Part shown: positions 1 to 9,245 of the stretch, piece after piece
Position numbering within the stretch: position 1 is the first letter of the stretch
How the letters are laid out: each line of letters opens with the position of its first letter
Assembly: GCA_036338435.1 (NCBI GenBank)
Contig: JAYZCG010000037.1
Span: 6,179-70,178 of the forward strand
Length of the DNA stretch: 64,000 nt
Direction of reading: 5' to 3'
Source: Acidobacteriota bacterium
GTDB lineage: Bacteria; Acidobacteriota; UBA6911; RPQK01; JADFOI01
The notes under the pieces: generated by a model
Told to the model about the DNA's origin: nothing
What the model saw: the letters and a program-made list of their open reading frames with translations, nothing else
The model's database searches: none
Translations under genes and position numbers: made by a program

Positions 1-903
1 TTGGACAGTAGTGCCAATACGCCATTGATCCTCTATCTGTTCCGGTGCGATGGTTGTTTCGAACAACTGTTTGTTGCGCTGAATTACAAATTCCAAGGGG
101 ACTCCCTCGCTATTGTTGATCAATTCAGCGCTACTACTGAATCCTTTACCTATCTTCTTTCCAATGCTGACCTGGATAATTTCATCACCCACTTGAAGAC
201 CCGCTTTGGCCGCTGGGGTGTTCGCTTCTAAGTCTGCAACGATGTATGGAATAAAAGGCCCCACACCTATAGTGCCAGTCTCGATTCCTTCTCTGATCGT
301 GGTAGTTACCAATTGATCGAAAACGTTATCGTCACGCTTAATCGAGAATAGTAGCTCCTGGTCGGGACTAATGCTAATTTGCAATTCGGCCTCCTGCCAG
401 GTGGGGATAGATTCTTGATCGATTGCTATTATAGTATCTCCGAGCTGCAGGCCGGCTTGTTGTGCAGGGGAGCCGTCTGCAATGCTCCCGATGATGGCAG
501 GTTGTCGCGAGTATTTTGCAACGGGAATTCCTAGCATGAAAGTCGCAGCTACTAATATGAGGGCCAGGCCAATATTCATAAGAGGTCCCGCCACTGCTAC
601 TGCGAATCTATTACTTTTAGAATGTGACATAAATTCCCCAGGGTCACCTGACAGTTTGTCGTCATAGTTTTCCCCGGCCATCTTGACGTAGCCTCCTAAA
701 GGTAGGAGGCAAATTCGGTAATCGGTGTCGCCCTTTTTAAATCCAACCAAGCGACGGCCAAATCCTAGCGAAAAAACTTCAACCCTAATGCCGAGAAACT
801 TAGCAACAGCGTAGTGTCCGAGCTCGTGAATGAAGATCATGACTCCAAGCACAAATAGAAAAGATATGATGCTAAAGCCGATGGAATTGAGTATCGTCAA
901 ATT
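1..903 (-). CDS. rseP: RIP metalloprotease RseP (site-2 protease), C-terminal part truncated by the window edge
   Basis: My own minus-strand translation from the TTG at 903..901 gives LTILNSIGFSIISFLFVLGVMIFIHELGHYAVAKF... This has the HExxH zinc motif followed by PDZ-like sequence (IAIDQESIPTWQEAE...). GGAGG lies 10 nt upstream of the TTG. The ORF is missing from the ORF track because it lacks an ATG start and runs off the window. Canonical uppS-cdsA-dxr-rseP synteny. Confidence 0.7.
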
Positions 904-987
904 AGTCGAACCTCCTCAGAATTATAATATCGGGGCCATTGTCCGTCGGTTATCAGATTCTTGTCAAATTAAGCTCCCAGCCAAGGG

Positions 988-2163
988 TTAGGCTGGCTTT
1001 ACCCCTTTGACGGTGTTTTCAGCTTTTTGGCGAGCTAGATGATCAACCTCTAATACTGTTTCCAGGTCATTCATTGGAATGGGTTGGTGCTGATTCAAAA
1101 CTTTCTCGACGACCTCTGGAATAGATGAAAATGGTAAAGATCCACTTAGGAAAGAGTGAACGGCTACTTCATTGGCTGCATTTAGAGCAGTGGGATACGT
1201 CTGCCCACTCTCTAATGCCTGATAGGCCAATCGGATACAAGGGAATTTGTTCCAATCGGGCGGATGGAATTCCAGTGCCGAGAGAGAAAGTAGATCTAGT
1301 CGGGGTAAATGCGAGTCCCATCGTTCTGGATATGCAAGGGCGTAGAGGATCGGAGATCTCATGTCCGGGGTGCTCATCTGTGCAAGTACTGTCCCATCTA
1401 CAAATTCTACTAGCGAATGGATGATAGATTGAGGATGAACAACAATAGATATGTGATTGTGGTGGATGCCGAATAGGTGGTGGGCTTCGATAACTTCCAG
1501 TCCTTTGTTCATCAGGGTGGCTGAGTCAATGGTGATCTTGGGTCCCATGGTCCATGTTGGGTGATCCAGAGCCTCTTCAATCGTGACCTCGTTAAGGTGT
1601 TCTGGACTACTGTCAAAGAAAGGGCCCCCTGAAGCCGTTAGAACTAACCGGTGAACCTCTTCATTTTCTGCTCCTCGTAAGCACTGGTGCAGGGCAGAGT
1701 GTTCGCTATCAACGGGGAGCAGAGTGACCTTTTTATCCCGTACAATAGACATTATTAACTCGCCTGCCATCACCAAAGTCTCTTTATTGGCTATCGCAAT
1801 ATCTTTCTTCCCGAGCAAGGCGTGATAGGTCGGCACTAAGCCTGCAGCGCCTTCGATGGCGGCGACCACCATATCTACATCGGAGTGTGTGGCGACTTGG
1901 GTTACACCCTTTTCTCCAGACAAGACTTCAATCGTGGGGAGCCGTTCTCGTAGTTCCTGAGCAGCTTGTTCATTCCACAGAGCAATTGCCTGGGGACGAT
2001 ATTTGAGTGCTTGATCGTATAAAGTATCGACACTCTTCCGGGCGGCTAATGTAGAGACCTGGAAGCGATCAGGATAAAGATCAACGAGGTCTAAAGTACT
2101 TTTGCCAACGGAGCCAGTGGATCCCAAGATTGATAGTTTTTTCAAATCGTCCCATTCTACCAA
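988..2163 (-). CDS. dxr: 1-deoxy-D-xylulose 5-phosphate reductoisomerase
   Basis: 391 aa. N-terminal LSILGSTGSVGKSTLD NADPH-binding motif, with LPVDSEHSA and full-length Dxr-like sequence. Confidence 0.93.
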   Translation of the reverse strand: MVEWDDLKKLSILGSTGSVGKSTLDLVDLYPDRFQVSTLAARKSVDTLYDQALKYRPQAIALWNEQAAQELRERLPTIEVLSGEKGVTQVATHSDVDMVVAAIEGAAGLVPTYHALLGKKDIAIANKETLVMAGELIMSIVRDKKVTLLPVDSEHSALHQCLRGAENEEVHRLVLTASGGPFFDSSPEHLNEVTIEEALDHPTWTMGPKITIDSATLMNKGLEVIEAHHLFGIHHNHISIVVHPQSIIHSLVEFVDGTVLAQMSTPDMRSPILYALAYPERWDSHLPRLDLLSLSALEFHPPDWNKFPCIRLAYQALESGQTYPTALNAANEVAVHSFLSGSLPFSSIPEVVEKVLNQHQPIPMNDLETVLEVDHLARQKAENTVKGVKPA

Positions 2164-2936
2164 ATCAGAAGGAAGTGATAGGCTGGAAGAGCAACAAAGA
2201 GACTGTCAAGACGATCAAGTACGCCGCCGTGACCTGGCAGTAAATTGGAGCTATCTTTGAAATTTGCTGAGCGCTTTATTGTGGACTCGAACAAATCACC
2301 CAGCATACCCGCTGCTGCTAGAACGAGTCCGCTTAGTAGTAGATATAGCATGGACCAGGTTGGCAGAAAATAGTACCCAAATACTATAGCAACGAGAACC
2401 GAACCCAGTAGTCCAGCTAGGTATCCTTCAAGGGATTTGTGCGGGCTAATTTTTTTGATGACTTTGTGTTGTCCCCATTTTCGACCTACTAAATAGGCAA
2501 CTGTATCACCGGCCCAAATTACCGAAAGGATTAGCAACAATTCCTCCCATCGTCCGTTTTTGTGCAGACTTCCAGCAATGGACACGGGAACACTTATGTA
2601 GACGATAGCTAGTAGGTTAGCTGACGCTGAGATGAATCCGCCCTTATCTTTACCAAATTGCAGCACACTATTGCCTATACAGATTAGAGTCGTGAGTATA
2701 AGAAAATTTATTAGCCAGACAGGGGAAAGGATCCATATCCAAGATAGTAATATGGCTAATACAAAGGTGAGTCGGTGTCCTTTAACATTGTGGATGGCTA
2801 GAAGTTTAAAGAGTTCAACAAGGCTCAGAAGGATGATGATATCGAGCAATACGAGGAAAAGATAAAAAGGGAGATAGCGTATAGCAATTATAACTAGGGG
2901 AATCAGCAACCCTGCGGTGGTGACTCGGCGTATCAT
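2157..2936 (-). CDS. cdsA: phosphatidate cytidylyltransferase (CDP-diglyceride synthase)
   Basis: 259-aa polytopic membrane protein lying between uppS and dxr. The C-terminal region GHGGVLDRLDSL matches the CTP-transferase signature. 7-nt overlap with dxr. Confidence 0.8.
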   Translation of the reverse strand: MIRRVTTAGLLIPLVIIAIRYLPFYLFLVLLDIIILLSLVELFKLLAIHNVKGHRLTFVLAILLSWIWILSPVWLINFLILTTLICIGNSVLQFGKDKGGFISASANLLAIVYISVPVSIAGSLHKNGRWEELLLILSVIWAGDTVAYLVGRKWGQHKVIKKISPHKSLEGYLAGLLGSVLVAIVFGYYFLPTWSMLYLLLSGLVLAAAGMLGDLFESTIKRSANFKDSSNLLPGHGGVLDRLDSLFVALPAYHFLLIW

Positions 2937-3724
2937 GATGTACTCTGCAGGGAGGTAAGGCGAATTCCTCCATAACGGCGTTCACGGCTTTGGAATTCCA
3001 CTATTGCTTCAAGTAAATGCCTTCCACGAAAGTCTGGCCAGAGTACCTCGGTAACCGAGATTTCCGCATAGGCAATCTGCCACAGAAGAAAGTTACTAAT
3101 GCGCATCTCTCCACTGGTACGGATCAACAGGTCAGGTTCGGGGAGTCCCTTTGTGTAAAGACTACGTTCTATGTCCTCTTCGCTGATGGGGAAGGTTGTT
3201 GAGTTTTCTAGTAAGCGATTGAAAGCATCCACAAGTTCAGTACGACCGCTATAGTTTAAGGCAACGACCATTCTTGTCCCACCATTTCCACGGGTTTCTT
3301 CTTCTGCATTTTTCAACTCCTTGCGAACTGATGATGGCAGTTCGTCTACACGTCCTATTGCTTGGAACCTAAGATTGTTTTTGTGTATGTTGGGCAGTTC
3401 CATTCGAATGTATTCCTTGAGTAGGCGCATGAGTTGACTAACTTCTCTCTGAGGTCGTTTCCAGTTTTCAGCTGAAAAGGCATAGAGTGTAAGCACTGGA
3501 ATCAATAGCCGAGCAGCAGTTTCGACGACCGCTCTAACTGCAGCAATGCCGGCCCGATGTCCTGCCATGCGTGGCAAATGGCGTTGCTTTGCCCACCGGC
3601 CGTTTCCGTCCATTATTACTGCAACATGCTGAGGGAGTTTGTGGGGGTCAATGCGTTCTAAAAGTTCTATTTCAGGGCTGTGAGGGTCGAATATTCCCTC
3701 AAACTCTTTTGTTAGCTCTTTCAT
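2933..3724 (-). CDS. uppS: isoprenyl transferase (undecaprenyl-diphosphate synthase)
   Basis: HVAVIMDGNGRWA and LTLYAFSAENWKRP motifs. Start moved to the internal MKELTKEF; the ORF-track N-terminal extension is likely non-coding. 4-nt overlap with cdsA. Confidence 0.88.
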   Translation of the reverse strand: MKELTKEFEGIFDPHSPEIELLERIDPHKLPQHVAVIMDGNGRWAKQRHLPRMAGHRAGIAAVRAVVETAARLLIPVLTLYAFSAENWKRPQREVSQLMRLLKEYIRMELPNIHKNNLRFQAIGRVDELPSSVRKELKNAEEETRGNGGTRMVVALNYSGRTELVDAFNRLLENSTTFPISEEDIERSLYTKGLPEPDLLIRTSGEMRISNFLLWQIAYAEISVTEVLWPDFRGRHLLEAIVEFQSRERRYGGIRLTSLQSTS

Positions 3725-3840
3725 TGAGTTGACGGTCACTTTACCATATCTGCATTGACTCAGAAAACTCGGTCTGTATATCACACAGAAGGGTTTGAGG
3801 AAGACACCGATTTTTTGCCGCGTTTATAGTCAATGGAGTA

Positions 3841-4575
3841 TTAGTACCAGGTTTTCATCAGATACAGCCCCTGGGGCGGCGCTGTGGGGCCGGCTGTTTT
3901 GCGATTCTTAGATTTTAAGATTTTGGGGATGTCATCCGATGGTCTTTTGCCGGAGCCAATTTGTAGAAGCGTTCCTACGATATTACGTACCATGTGGTGG
4001 AGAAAACCGTTTGCTTCGACACGGTACGTTATATGGGATCCACATGTTTTGATCTGTGAGAGATGGATTTGGCGGATTCGACTCTTGACTCGCGTGGCTG
4101 CAGCAGCAAATCCTGTGAAATCATGGGCCCCATATAGGTATTGTGTGGCTTTCTGCATAGAACCAACGTCGAGGGGATGCCTCACATGAAGGATGTATCC
4201 GTGGAGGAATGGGGATAACGTAGGGCCGTTGTATATCTGATATTCGTACCGTTTTTTGATGGCATTCTTCTGAGCATGAAAGTTTGACGGAACAGGACTC
4301 AAGTGAATGACTCTAATGTCCCAAGGTAGGATGCCGTTGAGGGAGAGAATAAGTTTTTTTCGAGGAATTGGTTGATCGAGGCTGAAGTGAGCAACCTGTG
4401 CCATGGCGTGTACACCAGAATCAGTTCGACCAGCACCGACTATACTAATGGGATGTCCTGTAATGGTGTTGAGAGCATCCCGCAGCTGGCCCTGGACAGT
4501 ATCCTGATTTTTCTGAATCTGCCAGCCTGCATATCTAGTCCCTACATATTTCAATGTTACTTTATACTTGGCCAT
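3841..4575 (-). CDS. truA: tRNA pseudouridine(38-40) synthase
   Basis: MAKYKVTLKYVGTRYAGWQIQ... GAGRTDSGVHA contains the catalytic Asp motif. Start taken at the internal Met. Confidence 0.85.
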   Translation of the reverse strand: MAKYKVTLKYVGTRYAGWQIQKNQDTVQGQLRDALNTITGHPISIVGAGRTDSGVHAMAQVAHFSLDQPIPRKKLILSLNGILPWDIRVIHLSPVPSNFHAQKNAIKKRYEYQIYNGPTLSPFLHGYILHVRHPLDVGSMQKATQYLYGAHDFTGFAAAATRVKSRIRQIHLSQIKTCGSHITYRVEANGFLHHMVRNIVGTLLQIGSGKRPSDDIPKILKSKNRKTAGPTAPPQGLYLMKTWY

Positions 4576-4691
4576 CGCACCCGCTCCTGCTTGGACGATC
4601 CTATGTAGATGATTAGGTGTCAGCAACTTACTCTGACTGTCCATGTTACAATACACCTCTTACTATACTGGCAAGGGAACACAAAAATATC

Positions 4692-5444
4692 ATGTCAGGA
4701 CATTCCAAGTGGCATTCCATAAGGCACAAGAAGGCTAGTGCCGATTCCAAGAGAGGGAAACTTTTTACTCGCCTAATCAAAGAGATAAGTGTCGCTGCTC
4801 GTCTTGGTGGAGGCGAACTGGATGCCAATCCTAGACTACGGGCAGCTGTGCAGTCAGCCAAAGATGCAAATATGCCTCAGAACAACATCAAACGTGCCAT
4901 TATGAAGGGGACAGGGGAATTGCCAGGTCAAAATTATGAGTCGGTTTCTTATGAGGGATACGGACCTGGAGGTGTGGCTATCCTTGTAGAGGCTCTTACT
5001 GACAACAAGAATCGAACAGTAGCTGAATTGCGCCATATTTTCTCCAAACAAGGGGGGAATTTGGCTGAAACTGGGAGTGTACAGTGGATCTTTGAAAGAA
5101 AAGGATACATTCTTGTGGATTCGGAAAAGGTTACCGAGGAGCAGTTGCTAGAAGTGGCTCTGGAAGCAGGTGCTGAAGATCTGAAATTTGAGGGAAGCAC
5201 TTTTTATATCTACACTGCCATGGAGCATTTTGAGGCGGTCAAACAGGGTCTCGAAGTTGCAGGCATTGCAATCGAATCTGCTACCCTAACGATGGTTTCC
5301 CAGACCGATGTGCGGTTAGCAAACAAACAGGCAGAGCAAATGTTAAAGATCATGGATGCTTTGGATGATCATGAAGATGTGGCCAACACATATGCTAATT
5401 TTGATATTGACGAAGCCCAGATGGAGATATTAGCAGGGACTTGA
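4692..5444 (+). CDS. yebC: YebC/PmpR family DNA-binding transcriptional regulator
   Basis: MSGHSKWHSIRHKKASADSKRGKLFTRL... is a highly characteristic YebC N-terminus. Start moved to the internal Met. Confidence 0.9.
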   Translation: MSGHSKWHSIRHKKASADSKRGKLFTRLIKEISVAARLGGGELDANPRLRAAVQSAKDANMPQNNIKRAIMKGTGELPGQNYESVSYEGYGPGGVAILVEALTDNKNRTVAELRHIFSKQGGNLAETGSVQWIFERKGYILVDSEKVTEEQLLEVALEAGAEDLKFEGSTFYIYTAMEHFEAVKQGLEVAGIAIESATLTMVSQTDVRLANKQAEQMLKIMDALDDHEDVANTYANFDIDEAQMEILAGT

Positions 5445-5467
5445 TAAATGGAGCGGTCAGCGTTTAG

Positions 5468-5992
5468 TTGTATCATGATTCGGTGGTTATTCTAGGAGTT
5501 GATCCCGGTAGTCAAGTGACCGGATACGGACTCATCGACGTTGAAGGGAATCATATCGCCTGTATCGGATACGGAGGTATTGCAGGTACTGTCAAAGGTC
5601 AGTCTAATCTTTTCTCCGATCGGCTGAAACGGATTTATGCAGGGCTGTGCGAGCTATTAAAGCGGCACACTCCAGCCGTGGTGGCGGTAGAAGGCGTCTT
5701 TCATGCCGTGAATGCCAAAAGTGCCCTGAAACTGGGTCAGACCAGAGGCGTTGTCCTGTTAGCTGTGGGACAGTTTGAGATCCCTTTAGTCGAGTACATG
5801 CCTCTGGCCGTCAAGAAAGCAGTGGTTGGGTATGGGAGGGCCAGCAAGGGACAGATTCAAATGATGGTACGCACTCTACTCAATCTCCGAGAAGAACCTC
5901 AGCCCCATGATGCCGCAGATGCCCTTGCCATTGCTTTGTGTCATGCCTTCACTGCTAAAGGAACACAGTCTCTACAGTCTAATCTCAGGTAA
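5468..5992 (+). CDS. ruvC: crossover junction endodeoxyribonuclease RuvC
   Basis: VILGVDPGSQVTGYGLID... carries the RNase H-fold catalytic Asp. Putative TTG start. ruvAB are not adjacent. Confidence 0.88.
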   Translation: MYHDSVVILGVDPGSQVTGYGLIDVEGNHIACIGYGGIAGTVKGQSNLFSDRLKRIYAGLCELLKRHTPAVVAVEGVFHAVNAKSALKLGQTRGVVLLAVGQFEIPLVEYMPLAVKKAVVGYGRASKGQIQMMVRTLLNLREEPQPHDAADALAIALCHAFTAKGTQSLQSNLR

Positions 5993-6085
5993 AGTGATTT
6001 GCGCATTTTCCTTTCCTCCTTTTCCTGTACTTGAGGTTCCACAGTGTTTAATGCATACTTGCCAAAGTCTTGATGAGCTTGGATT

Positions 6086-6820
6086 ATGCATAAATTTTAT
6101 GGTGGGTTTCTGAAGTCATTGGGCCAAAGGTTCTTGTGCTCAGCTAACCCACTTCATGAGGTCTCCAGCGTACGGTCAACTCTGTTTGTGGTGGGGCTTG
6201 TTTTTATTCCTTCCGGTTGTGCGGTTTCTCCAGAAGTGAGTGAGAGTGTTGATGAATCTGTGATAGTTGAAGAAGAGCTAGATGTTCCGGGTGAACCGCA
6301 TGCTGTTCTAGTAACGGATCGGGGTAATCTTGTAATTCAATTATTGCCAGAGCTAGCACCTAAAACTGTAGAGAACTTTGTAGAACTGGCGGAAACAGGT
6401 TTTTACGCTCGTACCGTATTTCACCGGATAATACCTAACAAAATGGTTCAGGGAGGCGATCCTAATTCCAAGGATAACGATCCTTACAACGACGGTCAGG
6501 GGAATAGTGGAAAATTCCTTAAGGCTGAGTTTAGTTCATACCCTTTTTCTCGCGGAATGGTTGCCATGGCTCGCCAGCCAGGGGATCCCAATTCTTCTAG
6601 TAGTCAATTTTTCATTGTCCTAGAACGTTCTCCCGAGTGGGATGGTGACTACACGATATTCGGAAAGGTGGTTGAGGGGATCGATGTAGCTGATCAGATT
6701 TCAAGAATCCCCTTATCCAATGATGTGAGGTTGCGAGGACGGCCCGCTGTGTCCATCCGTATTAGACGGATCATGATCGAATCTAGAGTAGTTGAGGAAG
6801 AGTCTAAAGAGGCAGAGTAG
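6086..6820 (+). CDS. peptidyl-prolyl cis-trans isomerase, cyclophilin type, secreted
   Basis: N-terminal hydrophobic signal region followed by a cyclophilin core (FHRIIPNKMVQGGDP... MVAMARQPGDPNSSSSQFFIV). The exact start is uncertain. Confidence 0.85.
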   Translation: MHKFYGGFLKSLGQRFLCSANPLHEVSSVRSTLFVVGLVFIPSGCAVSPEVSESVDESVIVEEELDVPGEPHAVLVTDRGNLVIQLLPELAPKTVENFVELAETGFYARTVFHRIIPNKMVQGGDPNSKDNDPYNDGQGNSGKFLKAEFSSYPFSRGMVAMARQPGDPNSSSSQFFIVLERSPEWDGDYTIFGKVVEGIDVADQISRIPLSNDVRLRGRPAVSIRIRRIMIESRVVEEESKEAE

Positions 6821-6877
6821 CGTCCGATAGGGTGTGGGGCATTTCCGTCAAGAACTTGTCGAGGGAATTGTGGGTTT

Positions 6878-7516
6878 CTAGTCTTCTTTTTCCAAGCGTT
6901 GATCGCCTCGGTACTGGCCAATCCGAACACGTGCAGGACGGAGCACTTGATCATCCCATCGAAATCCGGCCTGTAGTACTTCCGTGACGTGGGAGTCAAG
7001 TGTTGGGTCATCTACGGGAACTGTTCCGACAGCTTCGGACTCGTGTGGATTGAACGGTTGATGGAGCACTTCCATAGGTTCAATCCCAATGAATTTCAAC
7101 TTGCTCAGGAGGAGATCTAAGTTAAGCTGAACACCCTCTCTCAGATTTTCCGGAGTAGATGCTTTGTCAGCCGACTGGAGAGCTCGTTCAAAATTGTCAA
7201 TAATCTCCAAAAAGTTGTGAAAAAGGTCAAGTTTCTCTTGGGTTAATTGACGTTCGAAATCCTTTTGGAGTCGTGCCCTATAGGCTTCGTTTTCCTCGTC
7301 TATCTGTGTGAGCTTTTCCTTGAGTGTGTGCTCAGCCAGTTCGGTCCTTGCCTTGAGTTCTTCGACTATAGTTGGATATTTTTTATGCGATTCGGAAGCC
7401 TCTTCGACTGTAGACTCTTCTTGAGCCCAGAAGCGACGATCCGTTACACGCATTCTGGGAGTTGTCTCAGTATCTTCTTTAGATTCTGGAAGTTTGCTCG
7501 GTTTTTGCTTTGTCAT
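6878..7516 (-). CDS. grpE: nucleotide exchange factor GrpE
   Basis: Coiled-coil N-terminal region followed by a GrpE C-terminal beta-domain (GIEPMEV... VLQAGFRWDDQVLRPARVRI). dnaK lies 32 kb away rather than adjacent. Confidence 0.85.
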   Translation of the reverse strand: MTKQKPSKLPESKEDTETTPRMRVTDRRFWAQEESTVEEASESHKKYPTIVEELKARTELAEHTLKEKLTQIDEENEAYRARLQKDFERQLTQEKLDLFHNFLEIIDNFERALQSADKASTPENLREGVQLNLDLLLSKLKFIGIEPMEVLHQPFNPHESEAVGTVPVDDPTLDSHVTEVLQAGFRWDDQVLRPARVRIGQYRGDQRLEKED

Positions 7517-7653
7517 ATTTACATGCTCTCTAGACGAATATAAGATTTGAATGATCCTGGGTCAAACTTAGCACAGGGATAGGGTGGATCTATCGTGGAT
7601 TCATGGACAGAGTTGATCTCTATAGATAGAGTTGGCCTGATCGAAGGCCCGCT

Positions 7654-9018
7654 CTATTTTTTCTTCATTAAATACAGCACCCGCTCACTCTCAGCAATGG
7701 GAGCCGATGCTTCAATCGTGAATGTTTCCCGGAACTCCCGTTCAAATCCTTGCTGGGTGTAGTCGGGGAAAATGTCCTCTCGTGTGGACAGGAGTCGCTT
7801 CACCTGGGAGTCGGTCTTGGGAACAAACTCAATAATGAGATGTTTGCAGATTTGTCCCAGGAAGGCTGAGATGTGGGCGAAAGGAAGGTTGTTTGAGATG
7901 GCCAGATGGTGAATGAGGGCCAAGGCCAAAACCGTATCGGCTGGCCCACGCTCGATCAGCGAAGTTCTCTCTTGGTTGCCCCAGCCGATTCCCGGACTCG
8001 GGTTGGTCAAATCGAGCAACAGGGGAAGGATCTCGGTTTCTCCCCGCTTGACGCTTTCCCGGTAATGGTTCTCGACGGCCCACGAATCGATATCGAAGCA
8101 AACAGTCAGGTGATTTCGTTCGGCGGCCAAGCGAGCAAACAATCCCGTATTAGTCCCCAGATCCCAAGCCATTCCCGGCCTGATTCTATCCAGAAACTTA
8201 CCCACCAGCCGCTTCTTCTCCTCCAGGGCTACCGAGGAGTAGTTGGTTGCATCGTAATAGTCGGCCCATTCGGTCGAATCGCCCTTCCATCTCAGCCGTT
8301 TCACGATGGTCTGCAGGTTGTCCACTATTCCGAGAAGAGCGGTGCGGCTGACATGGCGTTTGGTGGGGACTTGCTTGCTGGAGAAGTATTTTTGGCTCTT
8401 GGCATGAAGGTGAATATGAACCCATAGGGAAGGCCTGAGAAGAGTGGTGATGGGCAGCAGGGATCTCGCCAGGTCCAGCGGGACTCCATCGATGTGAATG
8501 CGAAGCAGTTGGCTCAGGCGGATGTCGCGGTAGACCATCAATAGGAGCGGTGCGAGAAAGTGCTGGCAAAACTGTCGGTAGGCTACCCATGGCTCTCCTT
8601 CTAGATATTTTTCAAAAGAAAGCGTGTCGATTAGCAGCGCAGACCCCTCCTTGAACTGAATGTTGTAGGCGCTGCTGTCCTTCAGGGTCATTCCAAAATC
8701 GAGTGCTCGGGCCTGAATTTCGAGGGTCGTTAAGGCTGCCTCCTTCAACTGGCTGAAGCACCACTCATAGGGGTAGGAGATAAAAGGGATCCGCTCGGGT
8801 GCCAGGATCCTATGGAACTCGGAATGATCTTTTTCCAGAGGAATGTCGACTTCCCGGTGAGGAATCAAAAGCTTGCTCTCGACCAGCGCGTCGTATAGCC
8901 CTGAGGACATCAACAGGTCGTAGTGGTCCCCATAAACCGGGTTGACCTGGCGGTAGAGCTGATGATCGCGAGAGAAGAGAAAGCCGCTGGGGTCCCGGAA
9001 AGAGGCCGGAAGTTTCAT
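7654..9018 (-). CDS. two-domain enzyme: N-terminal atypical protein-kinase-like/phosphotransferase-like domain fused to a C-terminal class I SAM-dependent methyltransferase
   Basis: C-terminal MAWDLGTNTGLFARLAA (motif I), VCFDID (motif II) and LALALIHHL are a classical Rossmann methyltransferase. The N-terminal ~290 aa contain LKDSSAYNIQF (D-x4-N catalytic-loop-like) and LLIDTLSFE (DFG/IDxE-like), resembling APH/Kdo-kinase folds. Start placed at MKLPASFRDPSGFLF (9018), which overlaps the upstream small ORF's stop by ATGA. Function is inferred. Confidence 0.6.
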   Translation of the reverse strand: MKLPASFRDPSGFLFSRDHQLYRQVNPVYGDHYDLLMSSGLYDALVESKLLIPHREVDIPLEKDHSEFHRILAPERIPFISYPYEWCFSQLKEAALTTLEIQARALDFGMTLKDSSAYNIQFKEGSALLIDTLSFEKYLEGEPWVAYRQFCQHFLAPLLLMVYRDIRLSQLLRIHIDGVPLDLARSLLPITTLLRPSLWVHIHLHAKSQKYFSSKQVPTKRHVSRTALLGIVDNLQTIVKRLRWKGDSTEWADYYDATNYSSVALEEKKRLVGKFLDRIRPGMAWDLGTNTGLFARLAAERNHLTVCFDIDSWAVENHYRESVKRGETEILPLLLDLTNPSPGIGWGNQERTSLIERGPADTVLALALIHHLAISNNLPFAHISAFLGQICKHLIIEFVPKTDSQVKRLLSTREDIFPDYTQQGFEREFRETFTIEASAPIAESERVLYLMKKK

Positions 9019-9245
9019 GGGTCCTTGTCTTCTGGGCTGGTGGAGAAAAGTGCGGTGAAAAAGAGCTTGATCCTTCTCCAATAGACCTTGATCGCCAGAA
9101 AAAACGCAAAGAAGGCGGCCACCATCGCCTGAACCACCATACTGCCAGTGCCGGGGTCGAGGTAGGCGTGAACGGTGGGGGGATAGAGCACAAAGGTCAC
9201 TCCCAGCAAAAGGACAAGTTTGGTCGAGGTTTTCCAAGCTTTCAT
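9015..9245 (-). CDS. small membrane protein (76 aa), translationally coupled to the downstream kinase-like/methyltransferase gene
   Basis: MKAWKTSTKLVLLLGVTFVLYPPTVHA reads as a signal-peptide/TM-like segment. It is followed by YLDPGTGS, a second hydrophobic helix and a basic WRRIK cluster. AGGAGA lies 11 nt upstream of the ATG. Its stop shares ATGA with the next gene's start. Confidence 0.45.
   Translation of the reverse strand: MKAWKTSTKLVLLLGVTFVLYPPTVHAYLDPGTGSMVVQAMVAAFFAFFLAIKVYWRRIKLFFTALFSTSPEDKDP

Noticed and set aside
1-231. Plus-strand ORF at the window start
   Set aside because: It is antisense to the much better supported rseP reading frame (HELGH motif).
7568-7576. CIRCE-like half site (TTAGCACAG) upstream of grpE
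   Set aside because: Only one half of the TTAGCACTC-N9-GAGTGCTAA inverted repeat is present, with no partner within 30 nt. No CIRCE lies upstream of dnaK either.
7906-8590. ORFs 7906-8427(+) and 8198-8590(-), and similar Pro/Arg/Gly-rich ORFs antisense to or overlapping the 7654-9018 gene
   Set aside because: They are shadow ORFs typical of GC-richer coding sequence. They have no RBS or motif and overlap a gene with clear methyltransferase motifs.
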